Shown here piece by piece: positions 1-8,913 of a stretch of DNA of 29,976 bases. The first letter of the stretch is position 1. Each line of letters opens with the position of its first letter. Where the stretch lies: positions 1 to 29,976 of IMG/VR virus record IMGVR_UViG_3300045988_110429; one strand, written 5' to 3'. Made by a program: the position numbers and the translations under genes. The notes beneath the pieces are model-generated. The model was not told the origin of the DNA and searched no databases. It saw only the letters and a program-made list of their open reading frames with translations. The DNA comes from a virus.

Positions 1-119
1 AACAAAAATAGTAACTGATGGGATAAACCTACAAAATACATTTAAGCCTGATAGTGAATATGTTAGAATAGCTTTTACAAATAATGCAGTTATAGAAGAT
101 ATAGAAATCCCAAATATAC
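1..119. repeat. Terminal direct repeat: positions 1-119 are identical to 29858-29976, the overlap of a circularly closed contig with a 29,857-bp unit
   Basis: Compared the first and last lines of the window base by base; the match continues to the final base of the window. Confidence 0.9.
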
Positions 120-2401
120 AACTAAAAAAAGGCTCTGTTGCAACAAGATATGCGCCATATGGAAATATACAAATAGTAGAAACTGGAGATAATTTGTGGC
201 AAACTTATAGTAATACAACACTTAATGGAATAACATTAACACAGAAAAATAATGGTAATATATTATTGAATGGTACTGCAACAAGAGATACATTTTTGAG
301 AATTACTTTAAATAAATTTATAAATGAAGCAACAACTTTAAGTTGTAATTATAAATCAGGAACTATTAAAGGAGCAAGTGTTTTTGTAAGAACTAGAACT
401 TCAAAACTTATATTAAATCATTCAATAAATATAGGCCCCGCAACGACAACTGGAATAAAATTAGAACATAAAACTGCGGAAAATTATTATCAAGAAATCA
501 CTATACAAAAGGGTGCTATGTTATCAAATGTCTTATTAGAAGTGATGTTTTTGAAAGGCACTTATAATGAAACAAATTTACCTGACTACGAACCTTATAA
601 AGAAGAAGTAGTAAACATAGACCTAAAAGGGAATGAATTATGCTCTTTACCAAATGGAACTAAAGATGGATTAATAGTAAAAGATGGTAGAGCAAAGATA
701 CCTAAAAAAATAAAAGAGGTTATTTTAGATGGTAGTGATGATTATAATTGGGGTAGAGATGTTGTTCTAGGGGTTACTAGGTTTTATAAACGTCTTAATG
801 GAGCAATAACTACTTCGGGAAGGCACGAAATATTAAGTAATTATTTCAAATTTTCTAATAATGGACATGAAGTTGGTATTGGTTTTGTGTCATCAGGTCT
901 ACTATACTTATATCCAAAAAGTGATATAACTACTATTGACGAATTTAAAACTTGGTTATCTACTCATAATACAATAGTCCAATATGAATTAGAAACACCA
1001 GAGGAAATAGATTTAGGAGAAATTACATTACCTAATACTTTAATAGGTCAAAATAATGTAACATTAGATGCCACTCTTGAAACAAATATGGAAATATCTT
1101 ATTATTATAGTAGTTATGATTTATTATTCGCAGGTGTAGTTAAAAAGACTGGGAACATAAGTTTAAATCCAAGATATCCACATTATGCCGATATACAAGT
1201 TTTAGACTTTAAAACATTCTTATCAGAGGGAGAAACATTAAACTTTGTTATAGATAATAAAACCATTGGACAAGCAATTGATATGGTAATAGACGCTATT
1301 AAGAGCTATGGCTTTATTAAAGGAAATATAATGCTTGAGGATATAAACGAAGTAATCGGAGCATATTCAACTGATAAGAAAACTGCTTATGATGTATTCC
1401 AATATTTTAGTGATATAACTAACTCACGATGGTTTACAAGAATGATAGATGAGGACACAGTAGCAATTGACTTTTACGATACTGATAAATTACCTGTTAA
1501 GCCTAAAATAGAATATACGGAAGATTGGTTCTGCAATAATTTAATAGATGATATGTCTTACTCAATAAAGACTGATGATTATAGAAATAAACAAATATTA
1601 TTGTCAGATGAAGTCTTTGGTAGCACGCCATATAACGACTTATTAACGTCAAATGGTTATGATACTAGTTACACTACTACTGGAAAGATTGCAAGCCTTA
1701 CAAGTGCTAAAATCGATGGTAAAAATGCTACTTTTACTACTGAAGCAAATAAAGAGGGTGGCGTAGAAGCAGATATCTATTATAAACCAGGAGAAGTTGG
1801 AATAACGACAAACAACCAAATAGGAGCAGGTAAAGTTATAGAAATAACTTATATTCCTCTAGTAGAGGGTCGTGAAATAATAATAAATGATGAAGAAGTA
1901 AATAGAATAGGTTCACAATTAAATAGAAATGGTGTTATATCACGTTATGAAAACCGAAATGATACAACATCAAGTGATGAATTAAGACAAATAGGTCAAA
2001 CTTATATAAAATATAAAGGTAAAGCAGAAGTTACTCTTAAAATAACATCAAGGAAAAATATCTATAATATAGGAGATAAAGTACAATTTGATGCACCATT
2101 AGAAGATTTATCTACTGAATATATGGTTAAGAAAAAAACTACTAAATATATCGTAACGGCTAACCAATTATTTTATGATTATGAATTATCTAGTTCATTC
2201 AATAGTGAGAGTGAAATAAACTATTTTGATAACCAAAGGTCTAAACATAAAGGAAATTTATCAGAGGGCGACTACATAACAAGAGATATAGATATTACTA
2301 ATAGTGCTAATATAATATGGCACGATACAAGTATAGATGAGATATCCATAACAGGTAATAATATATTGGATTGTGCTTTAGATAGTCCATTTACTGATTA
2401 G
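1..2401 (+). CDS. Large tail protein, 3' portion (distal-tail/Tal-like). The same ORF starts at 29259 and reads across the circular junction, giving 999 aa in total
   Basis: The frame is open from window position 2 and is in frame with the ATG at 29259 through the 119-nt overlap. It lies directly downstream of the tape measure gene. The track ORF 194..2401 is the in-window tail end. It is rich in repeated beta-type N/T/G segments. Confidence 0.6.
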   Translation, partial: TKIVTDGINLQNTFKPDSEYVRIAFTNNAVIEDIEIPNIQLKKGSVATRYAPYGNIQIVETGDNLWQTYSNTTLNGITLTQKNNGNILLNGTATRDTFLRITLNKFINEATTLSCNYKSGTIKGASVFVRTRTSKLILNHSINIGPATTTGIKLEHKTAENYYQEITIQKGAMLSNVLLEVMFLKGTYNETNLPDYEPYKEEVVNIDLKGNELCSLPNGTKDGLIVKDGRAKIPKKIKEVILDGSDDYNWGRDVVLGVTRFYKRLNGAITTSGRHEILSNYFKFSNNGHEVGIGFVSSGLLYLYPKSDITTIDEFKTWLSTHNTIVQYELETPEEIDLGEITLPNTLIGQNNVTLDATLETNMEISYYYSSYDLLFAGVVKKTGNISLNPRYPHYADIQVLDFKTFLSEGETLNFVIDNKTIGQAIDMVIDAIKSYGFIKGNIMLEDINEVIGAYSTDKKTAYDVFQYFSDITNSRWFTRMIDEDTVAIDFYDTDKLPVKPKIEYTEDWFCNNLIDDMSYSIKTDDYRNKQILLSDEVFGSTPYNDLLTSNGYDTSYTTTGKIASLTSAKIDGKNATFTTEANKEGGVEADIYYKPGEVGITTNNQIGAGKVIEITYIPLVEGREIIINDEEVNRIGSQLNRNGVISRYENRNDTTSSDELRQIGQTYIKYKGKAEVTLKITSRKNIYNIGDKVQFDAPLEDLSTEYMVKKKTTKYIVTANQLFYDYELSSSFNSESEINYFDNQRSKHKGNLSEGDYITRDIDITNSANIIWHDTSIDEISITGNNILDCALDSPFTD

Positions 2402-2411
2402 GAGGTATAAT

Positions 2412-4304
2412 ATGACGCAAGAATATAAAGAAGCATTATTAAAGTATCTAACTGGTACAATTAAAGAAGAAGATGAAAGTGGAAACTTGGGTAAAATAAT
2501 TGCTTATTATGAAAATATAGATAATGTTGCTAATAATCTAAAAACATATTTAGATACTAATTTAGGTTCTGCTTATACGGTCGTAGATGTATTACAATCT
2601 GAAAGTTATGATAAGTATTTACTTTATGGTTCAAGAAGAGTAAGTGGTACAAATTATGGATGGATATTAATAACAGATAGCAAATATAATCCTATTAAAT
2701 TAATTACTCATTATCAAACGGGCACTACTGACGAATTCTTATTAGGTAGGTTTTTAAGACTTGAATTAGATGAAAAAAATCAGGTATATGGTGTTGATTA
2801 TTATCCGCAAACACAAAAATATAGATTTATAATGATGAATAATATATTAGCAACCGAGGAATTAGTTTTAAGACAATCTTATAATTTACCTGATGAAATA
2901 TCAGGAATGACTGGATATCAGGTAACTAAAAACCCAACAAGTGCAGTATATTTAATTGCAGGTATAATATTTCAAGGTAATATTAATCAACCTAAAGTTG
3001 CTAAATTAACAGTTAATGTCGGATCTGAAAATGAGTGGGTATATTATGAATACGCTGGTTCATTGTTAGGAGCAGAGGGAAATTTATCAGATATATTCGC
3101 TAAATGGGATAATGATAATGTTCAATTTAAAATGAGTGCATTTAGTGAAAGCCAATTATTAATTTATTATAGTTTTTATCAAGACAATCAAAACTTAATT
3201 GGTTCTGAATTATATAATATTGGCGAAAATTGGATAACTTCTACAATACATAGTTCATCATCTATAATAGCAGATGAAGATACTTATTATTACGGAGTTC
3301 ACGCTACTGCTGATGGCGAAGAAGTAATGGCTATCTTTGAAATAAAAAACAATATTCAAAGTTTTGTATGGGCATTCCCACTTACTGGGTCTACAACGAG
3401 TGATACTAACTTAAATATTAATTTAAGAATATTAAATGGTACATTATTTTATCTTGCTACACTTCCAGGCAGTGAAACAAATAAATATAGTAAATTGCAA
3501 GGCTTATATAGAGAGAATGTAGTAGATACAAATACCTATGTAGCCGAAAATTTAGATTTGACGTCTTATTTATCTTTCTTCACAGTATTAAATGTATATA
3601 ATTTATACATAGTAAATATTCAACAAGATAATACGTTATATTATGCAAAAGTATTATATAATCCTGCAATTAACTTTAGACCAAATTCAACTGGTTATAA
3701 TAATCCAAATGACTTAAAACCTTTATCAATGAGTTTATTTCAAGGTAATGATATTCTATTTAATAGAAGCCTTTATAATCTAACTATAAATGGTTCAATT
3801 GCCACGGCAACTATTGAAGTACCAAACACTATGTTAAATAATATAAATATAAATAAAGAAAATCTAATAGGTAATCATTACTTACAAATCACTAACAATA
3901 CAGATAGTATTACAACGAATGAATATGAAACATTACATATAAATTCAATAAATACTTTATCTATGATAAATGAGGATACAGGCGTTACAAATCCACAAGG
4001 TGCGTCAAGACTAAATTTATCAGTTAATAATAAGCAAGATTATACTCAAACTATTGCAGATAAATTAAAATTCAATTATAATGATAATAGTAGCAGTATA
4101 ATAAAAATAGACGTACCTAGTCAAGTTGAAATAATAAACAATATGGCTATATACACAATAGATATATATATTCCAAGTGATAAGACTGTTAGTAACATTC
4201 AATTCATAAGTGATGATGAAACAACAGTTTATCAAACAATAGATAATCTTACATTTGAAAGTGGTAAGGCTTATACCTTAACTCAAATGTTAGAAGTAGT
4301 TTAG
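2412..4304 (+). CDS. Tail-associated or receptor-binding protein candidate (630 aa)
   Basis: GGAGG RBS 7 nt upstream of the ATG. Sits between the large tail protein and the fibre gene. N/T/S/Y-rich beta-type composition typical of host-recognition proteins. No specific family recognised. Confidence 0.4.
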   Translation: MTQEYKEALLKYLTGTIKEEDESGNLGKIIAYYENIDNVANNLKTYLDTNLGSAYTVVDVLQSESYDKYLLYGSRRVSGTNYGWILITDSKYNPIKLITHYQTGTTDEFLLGRFLRLELDEKNQVYGVDYYPQTQKYRFIMMNNILATEELVLRQSYNLPDEISGMTGYQVTKNPTSAVYLIAGIIFQGNINQPKVAKLTVNVGSENEWVYYEYAGSLLGAEGNLSDIFAKWDNDNVQFKMSAFSESQLLIYYSFYQDNQNLIGSELYNIGENWITSTIHSSSSIIADEDTYYYGVHATADGEEVMAIFEIKNNIQSFVWAFPLTGSTTSDTNLNINLRILNGTLFYLATLPGSETNKYSKLQGLYRENVVDTNTYVAENLDLTSYLSFFTVLNVYNLYIVNIQQDNTLYYAKVLYNPAINFRPNSTGYNNPNDLKPLSMSLFQGNDILFNRSLYNLTINGSIATATIEVPNTMLNNININKENLIGNHYLQITNNTDSITTNEYETLHINSINTLSMINEDTGVTNPQGASRLNLSVNNKQDYTQTIADKLKFNYNDNSSSIIKIDVPSQVEIINNMAIYTIDIYIPSDKTVSNIQFISDDETTVYQTIDNLTFESGKAYTLTQMLEVV

Positions 4305-4349
4305 AAAGGAGATAGATAATATGAAACAAAAACTAAGGAGGTATGTACT

Positions 4350-4862
4350 ATGCCTTTAATAACGTATGCTGATAAAGTTCAATTAAATAACAACCCTGAT
4401 ATACCCGATAATCAAAAATGTATGGCAAAAGATATGAATGAAATTAAAAGTGCTATTAATACTGGTTTATTAAATCTAATCTACCCTGTTGGTTGTTATT
4501 TTGAAACAAGCGATAATGACTTTAACCCAAATACTTCTTGGGGTGGAACTTGGGTATTAGATAGTGCTGGTAAAGTAACAGTGGCAAAAGATGAAGATGA
4601 CACTGATTTTGATACATTAGGAAAAACTGGTGGTAGTAAAGAATTGCAACAACATAAGCATAATGGATTAGCTTGGTTAGGCGATTTTAGTGGTCAAGCG
4701 ATTACATTAAATACTGGTAGTGGTGGAGGATATGCACTATCTTATAGTAGTAATATAAATTCAGCTCAAAAAAATTATATACAAACTGCAAATGCTGGTA
4801 CAGGCGATAGTGGTAACTTACAGCCATATATAGTAGTTAATAGATGGCATAGGACGGCATGA
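4350..4862 (+). CDS. Tail fibre protein with a phage tail collar-like motif (170 aa)
   Basis: AGGAGG RBS. N-terminal ITYADKVQLNNNPDIPDNQK matches the conserved N-terminus of Gram-positive phage fibre proteins. The TLGKTGGSKELQQHKH segment resembles the tail-collar motif G-t-GG-s-e-h-L...H.H. Confidence 0.5.
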   Translation: MPLITYADKVQLNNNPDIPDNQKCMAKDMNEIKSAINTGLLNLIYPVGCYFETSDNDFNPNTSWGGTWVLDSAGKVTVAKDEDDTDFDTLGKTGGSKELQQHKHNGLAWLGDFSGQAITLNTGSGGGYALSYSSNINSAQKNYIQTANAGTGDSGNLQPYIVVNRWHRTA

Positions 4863-4886
4863 AACTTTGTAGAAAGGAGAATAAAA

Positions 4887-5108
4887 ATGAACGACACACT
4901 AATTGTACTAATATTTGGATTTATAGGAACATTAATAACAGTTATGACACCTATTATTAAATTAAATAGTTCAATAACTAAATTAAATGTAAGCATAGAT
5001 AATATAAATTCGAGTTTATTAGAAAACAAAAAAATAAACCAAAATCACGAGAAAAAAATTCAAGACCACGAGATAAGATTAACAAAATTAGAAGTGAAAG
5101 AGAGGTAA
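4887..5108 (+). CDS. BhlA/UviB-like holin-like protein (73 aa)
   Basis: N-terminal TM segment LIVLIFGFIGTLITVMTPII followed by a charged coiled-coil tail. RBS GAAAGGAGA. Lies immediately upstream of the holin and lysin. Confidence 0.5.
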   Translation: MNDTLIVLIFGFIGTLITVMTPIIKLNSSITKLNVSIDNINSSLLENKKINQNHEKKIQDHEIRLTKLEVKER

Positions 5109-5112
5109 TATT

Positions 5113-5313
5113 ATGAAAAAATTCTTAAATTGGCTTAAACCCGCAGGAATTAGAGCAATTAGAACTGTTGCTCAAACAATGATAGCTACAATCGGAACAA
5201 GTGCAGTTTTATCTGACGTTGATTGGAAAGTTGTAGCAAGTGCTAGCATTTTAGCAGGACTATTAAGTTTATTAACAAGTATTGTTAATTTACCAGAAGC
5301 AAAGGAGGAATAA
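5113..5313 (+). CDS. Holin of the SPP1 / phage_holin_4_1 type (66 aa)
   Basis: Two hydrophobic segments: IRAIRTVAQTMIATIGTSAV and VASASILAGLLSLLTSIV. Charged C-terminus. Directly precedes the endolysin. Confidence 0.65.
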   Translation: MKKFLNWLKPAGIRAIRTVAQTMIATIGTSAVLSDVDWKVVASASILAGLLSLLTSIVNLPEAKEE

Positions 5314-5315
5314 TT

Positions 5316-5429
5316 ATGGAAGAATTAAGAGAAGAAGATATAATCGAATTAACAGAAGAAGAAATAAAAGAAATAGAAAATATTGATACTGATGCTGGGA
5401 AAGGAGATGAAGAAGATGGGGAAGAGTAG
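5316..5429 (+). CDS. Small, very acidic 37-aa ORF that overlaps the lysin start
   Basis: AAAGGAGGAA RBS 6 nt upstream of the ATG. The peptide is MEELREEDIIELTEEEIKEIENIDTDAGKGDEEDGEE. It may equally be a translated leader with no function of its own. Confidence 0.25.
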   Translation: MEELREEDIIELTEEEIKEIENIDTDAGKGDEEDGEE

Positions 5430-6192
5430 TTTAGCCACTATCTTCGTTCCTGCTTATTCAGGAAACTATACTCAAGGTAGAAGAGGAAATAAGATAAGTA
5501 AAATTACAGTGCATCATATGGCTGGTGTAATGTCAGCAACACAGTGCGGTGCATTATGGCAAAGAAAAGGACGTAGAGGCTCATCTCATTATGGTATAGG
5601 TAATGATGGTGCTATTGGTAATTATGTAGATGAAAATAACATTGCTTGGACTGATAGCAACTGGAAATCAAATTGTACATCTGTTACAATTGAAACTTCA
5701 AATAATGCTCGTGGTGGAGATTGGACTGTAAGTGATGCAGCTTTAAGTTCATTAATAAAATTATGTGCTGATATTGCTAAAAGAAATGGATTAGGTACTT
5801 TAGTGACTGGCAAAAACTTAACTTGGCATAGTATGTATACTAGCACTACTTGTCCTGGAAATTATTTAAGAAGTAAAATGCAATATATTGCTGATGAAGC
5901 TAATAAAATAAATAATCGTTCTGTTGTAGTACCTATTCCTGTAAAGAACACATTCTTACCACCAAGAGGTTACTTTAAACGTGGAGATAATGATGTCAAC
6001 GTAGGTAAAATAGCTTCATTTATGTATAAAACATTTCCTAGATATACCAAAAGAGCAGCCTTAGGAAATTTATATGGTCCAAACCTAATTGCGAGTATAA
6101 AAGAATTTCAAAGAAGGACAGGTTTAGTAGATGATGGTTGTACAGGAGAAAAGACTTTAGCTAAATTAGTCAAATATGGTTTTAGATACTAG
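5416..6192 (+). CDS. Endolysin: N-acetylmuramoyl-L-alanine amidase (Amidase_2 / PGRP fold) with a C-terminal PG_binding_1 domain
   Basis: Contains the Zn-ligand pattern HHMAG...H...C (TVHHMAG, WHSMYTSTTCPG). C-terminal LGNLYGPNLIASIKEFQRRTGLVDDGCTGEKTLAKL is a peptidoglycan-binding repeat. I chose the ATG at 5416 (GGAG 9 nt upstream) over the track start at 5383. Confidence 0.85.
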   Translation: MGKSSLATIFVPAYSGNYTQGRRGNKISKITVHHMAGVMSATQCGALWQRKGRRGSSHYGIGNDGAIGNYVDENNIAWTDSNWKSNCTSVTIETSNNARGGDWTVSDAALSSLIKLCADIAKRNGLGTLVTGKNLTWHSMYTSTTCPGNYLRSKMQYIADEANKINNRSVVVPIPVKNTFLPPRGYFKRGDNDVNVGKIASFMYKTFPRYTKRAALGNLYGPNLIASIKEFQRRTGLVDDGCTGEKTLAKLVKYGFRY

Positions 6193-6208
6193 TTTCACGT
6201 GAAACATA

Positions 6209-6236
6209 AGAGATAGAAATATCTCTTTTTTATTTT
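6209..6236 (+). terminator. Rho-independent terminator after the lysis cassette
   Basis: AGAGATA-gaaa-TATCTCT, a 7-bp stem with a GAAA loop, followed by TTTTTTATTTT. It is preceded by the 14-bp palindrome GTTTCACGTGAAAC. Confidence 0.75.
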
Positions 6237-6268
6237 GTAAATAAATTGAAAAAGTTTTCAAAAAAGTA

Positions 6269-6296
6269 TTGACATATCCCCCGAAAAGAGTATAAT
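6269..6296 (+). promoter_or_regulatory. Sigma-A promoter P1: TTGACA-16-TATAAT
   Basis: Perfect -35 and -10 hexamers read directly from the sequence. It sits at the head of the early small-ORF array. Confidence 0.7.
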
Positions 6297-6320
6297 AGTA
6301 AGTGTTAGGAGGAAGAAAAA

Positions 6321-6413
6321 ATGAAAAAAATTGTTTTAAAAGGCAACTTAACTGAAATAATTAATCAGTTAAAAGAATTACAAAAAACAAAAAAATATGT
6401 AAGGGAGATATAA
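6321..6413 (+). CDS. Small 30-aa ORF
   Basis: AGGAGG RBS 9 nt upstream of the ATG, and it is the first ORF after P1. The hairpin GTAAGGGAG...CTCCCCTTAC overlaps its stop codon. Confidence 0.3.
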   Translation: MKKIVLKGNLTEIINQLKELQKTKKYVREI

Positions 6414-6449
6414 AACTCCCCTTACATTAATAAAGAAAGGAAGATGAAT

Positions 6450-6686
6450 ATGTATATTGAAATGAAAGAACAAACAATAAAAGATATTGAACTTATTACA
6501 GGAGAAACATTTAATAGAAAAGATAAGCTAGTAGATATAGAAGAATTAAAAGATGCAATAAAAGATTTATTAGTTGAATATGATAAACTTCAAGAACAAC
6601 TAGAAGATGAAAAAGAACAAAGAGATAATTATTATAAACCAATAAGTGAATATGAAAATATAGGAATGGATGAAAGGGACTTTTAA
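6450..6686 (+). CDS. Hypothetical early protein, acidic and predicted coiled-coil
   Basis: Track ORF 6444..6686. The second ATG has better spacing to the AAAGGAAG RBS. Confidence 0.5.
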   Translation: MYIEMKEQTIKDIELITGETFNRKDKLVDIEELKDAIKDLLVEYDKLQEQLEDEKEQRDNYYKPISEYENIGMDERDF

Positions 6687-6687
6687 A

Positions 6688-6930
6688 ATGGAAGATAAAA
6701 AGGTATTAGCATTTATAAATAAAAATTATGAAGAAAAACATAAGGAATTTGTTAAAAATAATAAAAAGAAAAGAAAAAAAGAAATAATATGCACTCTAAT
6801 ATGGTTTTTAGCCTGTATAAGCCTTGTTTATGTGTTAGGTAGTGTAATTAATCACGAAACCTTAAAAAACGTTAATACGTGTCTTAAAAATGGGAATACG
6901 AAAGAATATTGTTTAAGGGTAAACCAATGA
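6688..6930 (+). CDS. Hypothetical small membrane protein
   Basis: One TM segment, IICTLIWFLACISLVYVLGSVI. I chose the ATG with the AAAGGGA RBS. Confidence 0.45.
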   Translation: MEDKKVLAFINKNYEEKHKEFVKNNKKKRKKEIICTLIWFLACISLVYVLGSVINHETLKNVNTCLKNGNTKEYCLRVNQ

Positions 6931-7211
6931 AATTAGATATATTACTTAAATATGCAATGTTAAATATAAAATATAAAAGACTTAAAAGAGAAAGTAATAT
7001 TCTTCAAAGGGATTTCGATTATGTTTTTGAAGAGAACAAAATATTAAAACAAATAAATCGAAAAAGATACGTAGAACAAGCTAAAAGAATGCAATTTTTA
7101 ATTAAACGTGAAAACAAACTTCAAGAAATAGAACAATTGGCAAGTTTACCAAAAAGAGATACAAGAAAAATTCTAAAAATAATTATGGAAATAGAAAATG
7201 GGGGTAAATAA
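6927..7211 (+). CDS. Hypothetical basic protein
   Basis: Track ORF 6909..7211. The internal ATG has an AAGGGTAAA RBS. Confidence 0.45.
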   Translation: MKLDILLKYAMLNIKYKRLKRESNILQRDFDYVFEENKILKQINRKRYVEQAKRMQFLIKRENKLQEIEQLASLPKRDTRKILKIIMEIENGGK

Positions 7212-7214
7212 AAA

Positions 7215-7430
7215 ATGATAGTTAAAGTTTATAAAATGAATATGTTAATTAAAAACGAAATAAAACCAATTAAGATGGTATTACTAGATGATTATAACGA
7301 GTTAAACCAAAGGATAGAAAAAGCTTCAAATAAAATAAATAATATGTTTGATAGAGGCGATGCCAACACAATAGTAGATGATTTATTAGAATTAGATAAG
7401 ATACTTAAAGGAAGTGATAGTAATGGATAA
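7215..7430 (+). CDS. Hypothetical protein (71 aa)
   Basis: GGGGGT RBS. Packed tightly against its neighbours. Confidence 0.45.
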   Translation: MIVKVYKMNMLIKNEIKPIKMVLLDDYNELNQRIEKASNKINNMFDRGDANTIVDDLLELDKILKGSDSNG

Positions 7431-7752
7431 TGATACACTTGGAGATTACTGGAGAGACGTTAGCCCAATATTAAAGCAACAAGCACGAGAAAAAAGAGAA
7501 AATTGTTTTAATGATAGATTGGAATATGCTAGAAGCCAATTTGAGGAAAATGATATTCCTTATAAGTTATGTAATGAGAGTATAGGACATTTTAATTTAT
7601 TAGATAACAAAGGAAAAGTATTAATGAGCTTTTGGAGCTATACGGGTAAACTATATATTCCAAGCACTGGATTTAGTGATAATGTGGGTATTAGAAATTG
7701 CATAAGAAAATATAAGAAAATAGTGGGAAGTGAAGTAAATGAAGAAAGATAA
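7423..7752 (+). CDS. Hypothetical protein (109 aa)
   Basis: Track ORF 7414..7752. ATG at 7423 with an AAGGAAG RBS. Confidence 0.45.
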   Translation: MDNDTLGDYWRDVSPILKQQAREKRENCFNDRLEYARSQFEENDIPYKLCNESIGHFNLLDNKGKVLMSFWSYTGKLYIPSTGFSDNVGIRNCIRKYKKIVGSEVNEER

Positions 7753-7978
7753 TTGTAAATTATATAAAGAACAAAAACATACAATATATGAAATTCAAAA
7801 CGCAATAGGTGTTTCAAAAGATATGTTATATAAATACGCTAGAGGATATAGAAAAGTATCTAAAATGAAATTAAAAACAATATTAGATATAGCAATGTAT
7901 GAAAATATAGAACCCAATAAATTATTTAGAAAGATGTGTTATTGGGAAAAAACAAGGAGCAAACGAAATGAAAAATAA
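7739..7978 (+). CDS. Small HTH DNA-binding protein, XRE-like
   Basis: TIYEIQNAIGVSKDMLYKYARG forms a helix-turn-helix. Confidence 0.45.
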   Translation: MKKDNCKLYKEQKHTIYEIQNAIGVSKDMLYKYARGYRKVSKMKLKTILDIAMYENIEPNKLFRKMCYWEKTRSKRNEK

Positions 7979-8255
7979 GATATTAATAAAATTGATTTGT
8001 TGTTATTTGCTAACTGTAACATTCGTATTATTCTTATCGTTGATTATATCATCTAATAAGTATGAAGATGATATATCTGATTTAAGAATTGAAAATAAAA
8101 AGTTGCAACATCAATTAAAAACATCATATAATACGATTGCTGATTATAAAGAAAAACATCCTGAATGTGAGTATTACATATATCCTAGTGGAGATGACTT
8201 TGTAATAGATGGTCAATTATATGAGAAAGTAGAGGGATATGAGGTTTATGAATAA
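7968..8255 (+). CDS. Hypothetical membrane-anchored protein
   Basis: N-terminal TM segment ILIKLICCYLLTVTFVLFLSLII. AAGGAG RBS. Confidence 0.45.
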   Translation: MKNKILIKLICCYLLTVTFVLFLSLIISSNKYEDDISDLRIENKKLQHQLKTSYNTIADYKEKHPECEYYIYPSGDDFVIDGQLYEKVEGYEVYE

Positions 8256-8430
8256 ATTAGAAGTTGGAATGTATGTAAGAACTAAGGATGGAATAATTAC
8301 AAAAGTAGATTACATAGATGATGAAACAATTTATTTTGATAAAGACATTTATAGGTTTTATGGAGATGGCATTGATTTTTTAGAAAAAGATAATTTAGAA
8401 AGAATAAAAAAAAAGCAAGCTTTGACATAA
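8239..8430 (+). CDS. Hypothetical protein (63 aa)
   Basis: Track ORF that overlaps its neighbour. Confidence 0.4.
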   Translation: MRFMNKLEVGMYVRTKDGIITKVDYIDDETIYFDKDIYRFYGDGIDFLEKDNLERIKKKQALT

Positions 8431-8459
8431 TCGATTTAATAGAAGAAGGAGATATATTA

Positions 8460-8696
8460 TTGCTATTTGATAAAGAATATGGAAAAGAATATAAAGCTGA
8501 AGTGGTGGTAGACAGTGAAAATTTCACAGCAGTTGTTAATTATGAACAAAATAATTTATTAATTTTAGAATATGAATTAATAACTAATGAACACATAGAA
8601 TTATTGAAAATTTTAACCAAAGAACAATTTGAAAGTATGAGTTATAGAATAGGAGGACTAAACAATGAAAGAAGAATTTATCGAAAATGCAATTAA
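8460..8696 (+). CDS. Hypothetical protein with a TTG start
   Basis: Track ORF. A GGAGA RBS lies upstream. Confidence 0.35.
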   Translation: MLFDKEYGKEYKAEVVVDSENFTAVVNYEQNNLLILEYELITNEHIELLKILTKEQFESMSYRIGGLNNERRIYRKCN

Positions 8697-8910
8697 AGAT
8701 AGTGTTGGAAAACTAGTAAGTGCTAACGTTGAAAACGCCATCGAAGAGAAAATAAAAGAATTTAGAGAAGAATTAGAATATAACAAAGATAGATATATAG
8801 CCGAGGTTATGAAAGGCATCAGAATATATCAAGAACAGGAAATAGGAACTAGAACTATGAATTATAAGATAATATTTGAAAACGTTACAATTTTAAAAAA
8901 GGAGGACTAG
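8665..8910 (+). CDS. Hypothetical protein (81 aa)
   Basis: AGGAGG RBS. Confidence 0.45.
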   Translation: MKEEFIENAIKDSVGKLVSANVENAIEEKIKEFREELEYNKDRYIAEVMKGIRIYQEQEIGTRTMNYKIIFENVTILKKED

Positions 8911-8913
8911 ATT

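Noticed and set aside
1-4862. Diversity-generating retroelement targeting the tail fibre genes
   Set aside because: There is no reverse transcriptase ORF anywhere in the circle, and I saw no obvious near-identical template/variable repeat pair of about 100 bp.
4775-5029. 84-aa ORF on the minus strand that overlaps the fibre and BhlA-like genes, and the other short minus-strand ORFs in the track (5622, 8297, 9308, 11304, 11723, 12260, 14908, 15362, 16061, 17032, 18088, 20684, 25327, 25560)
   Set aside because: All are internal and antisense to well-supported + strand genes. They encode hydrophobic poly-I/L/F products typical of AT-rich antisense frames and have no RBS.
8400-8445. TTGACA hexamer at about 8416 as a promoter
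   Set aside because: There is no acceptable -10 hexamer at 16-18 bp spacing, so it is most likely a chance -35 match within coding sequence.
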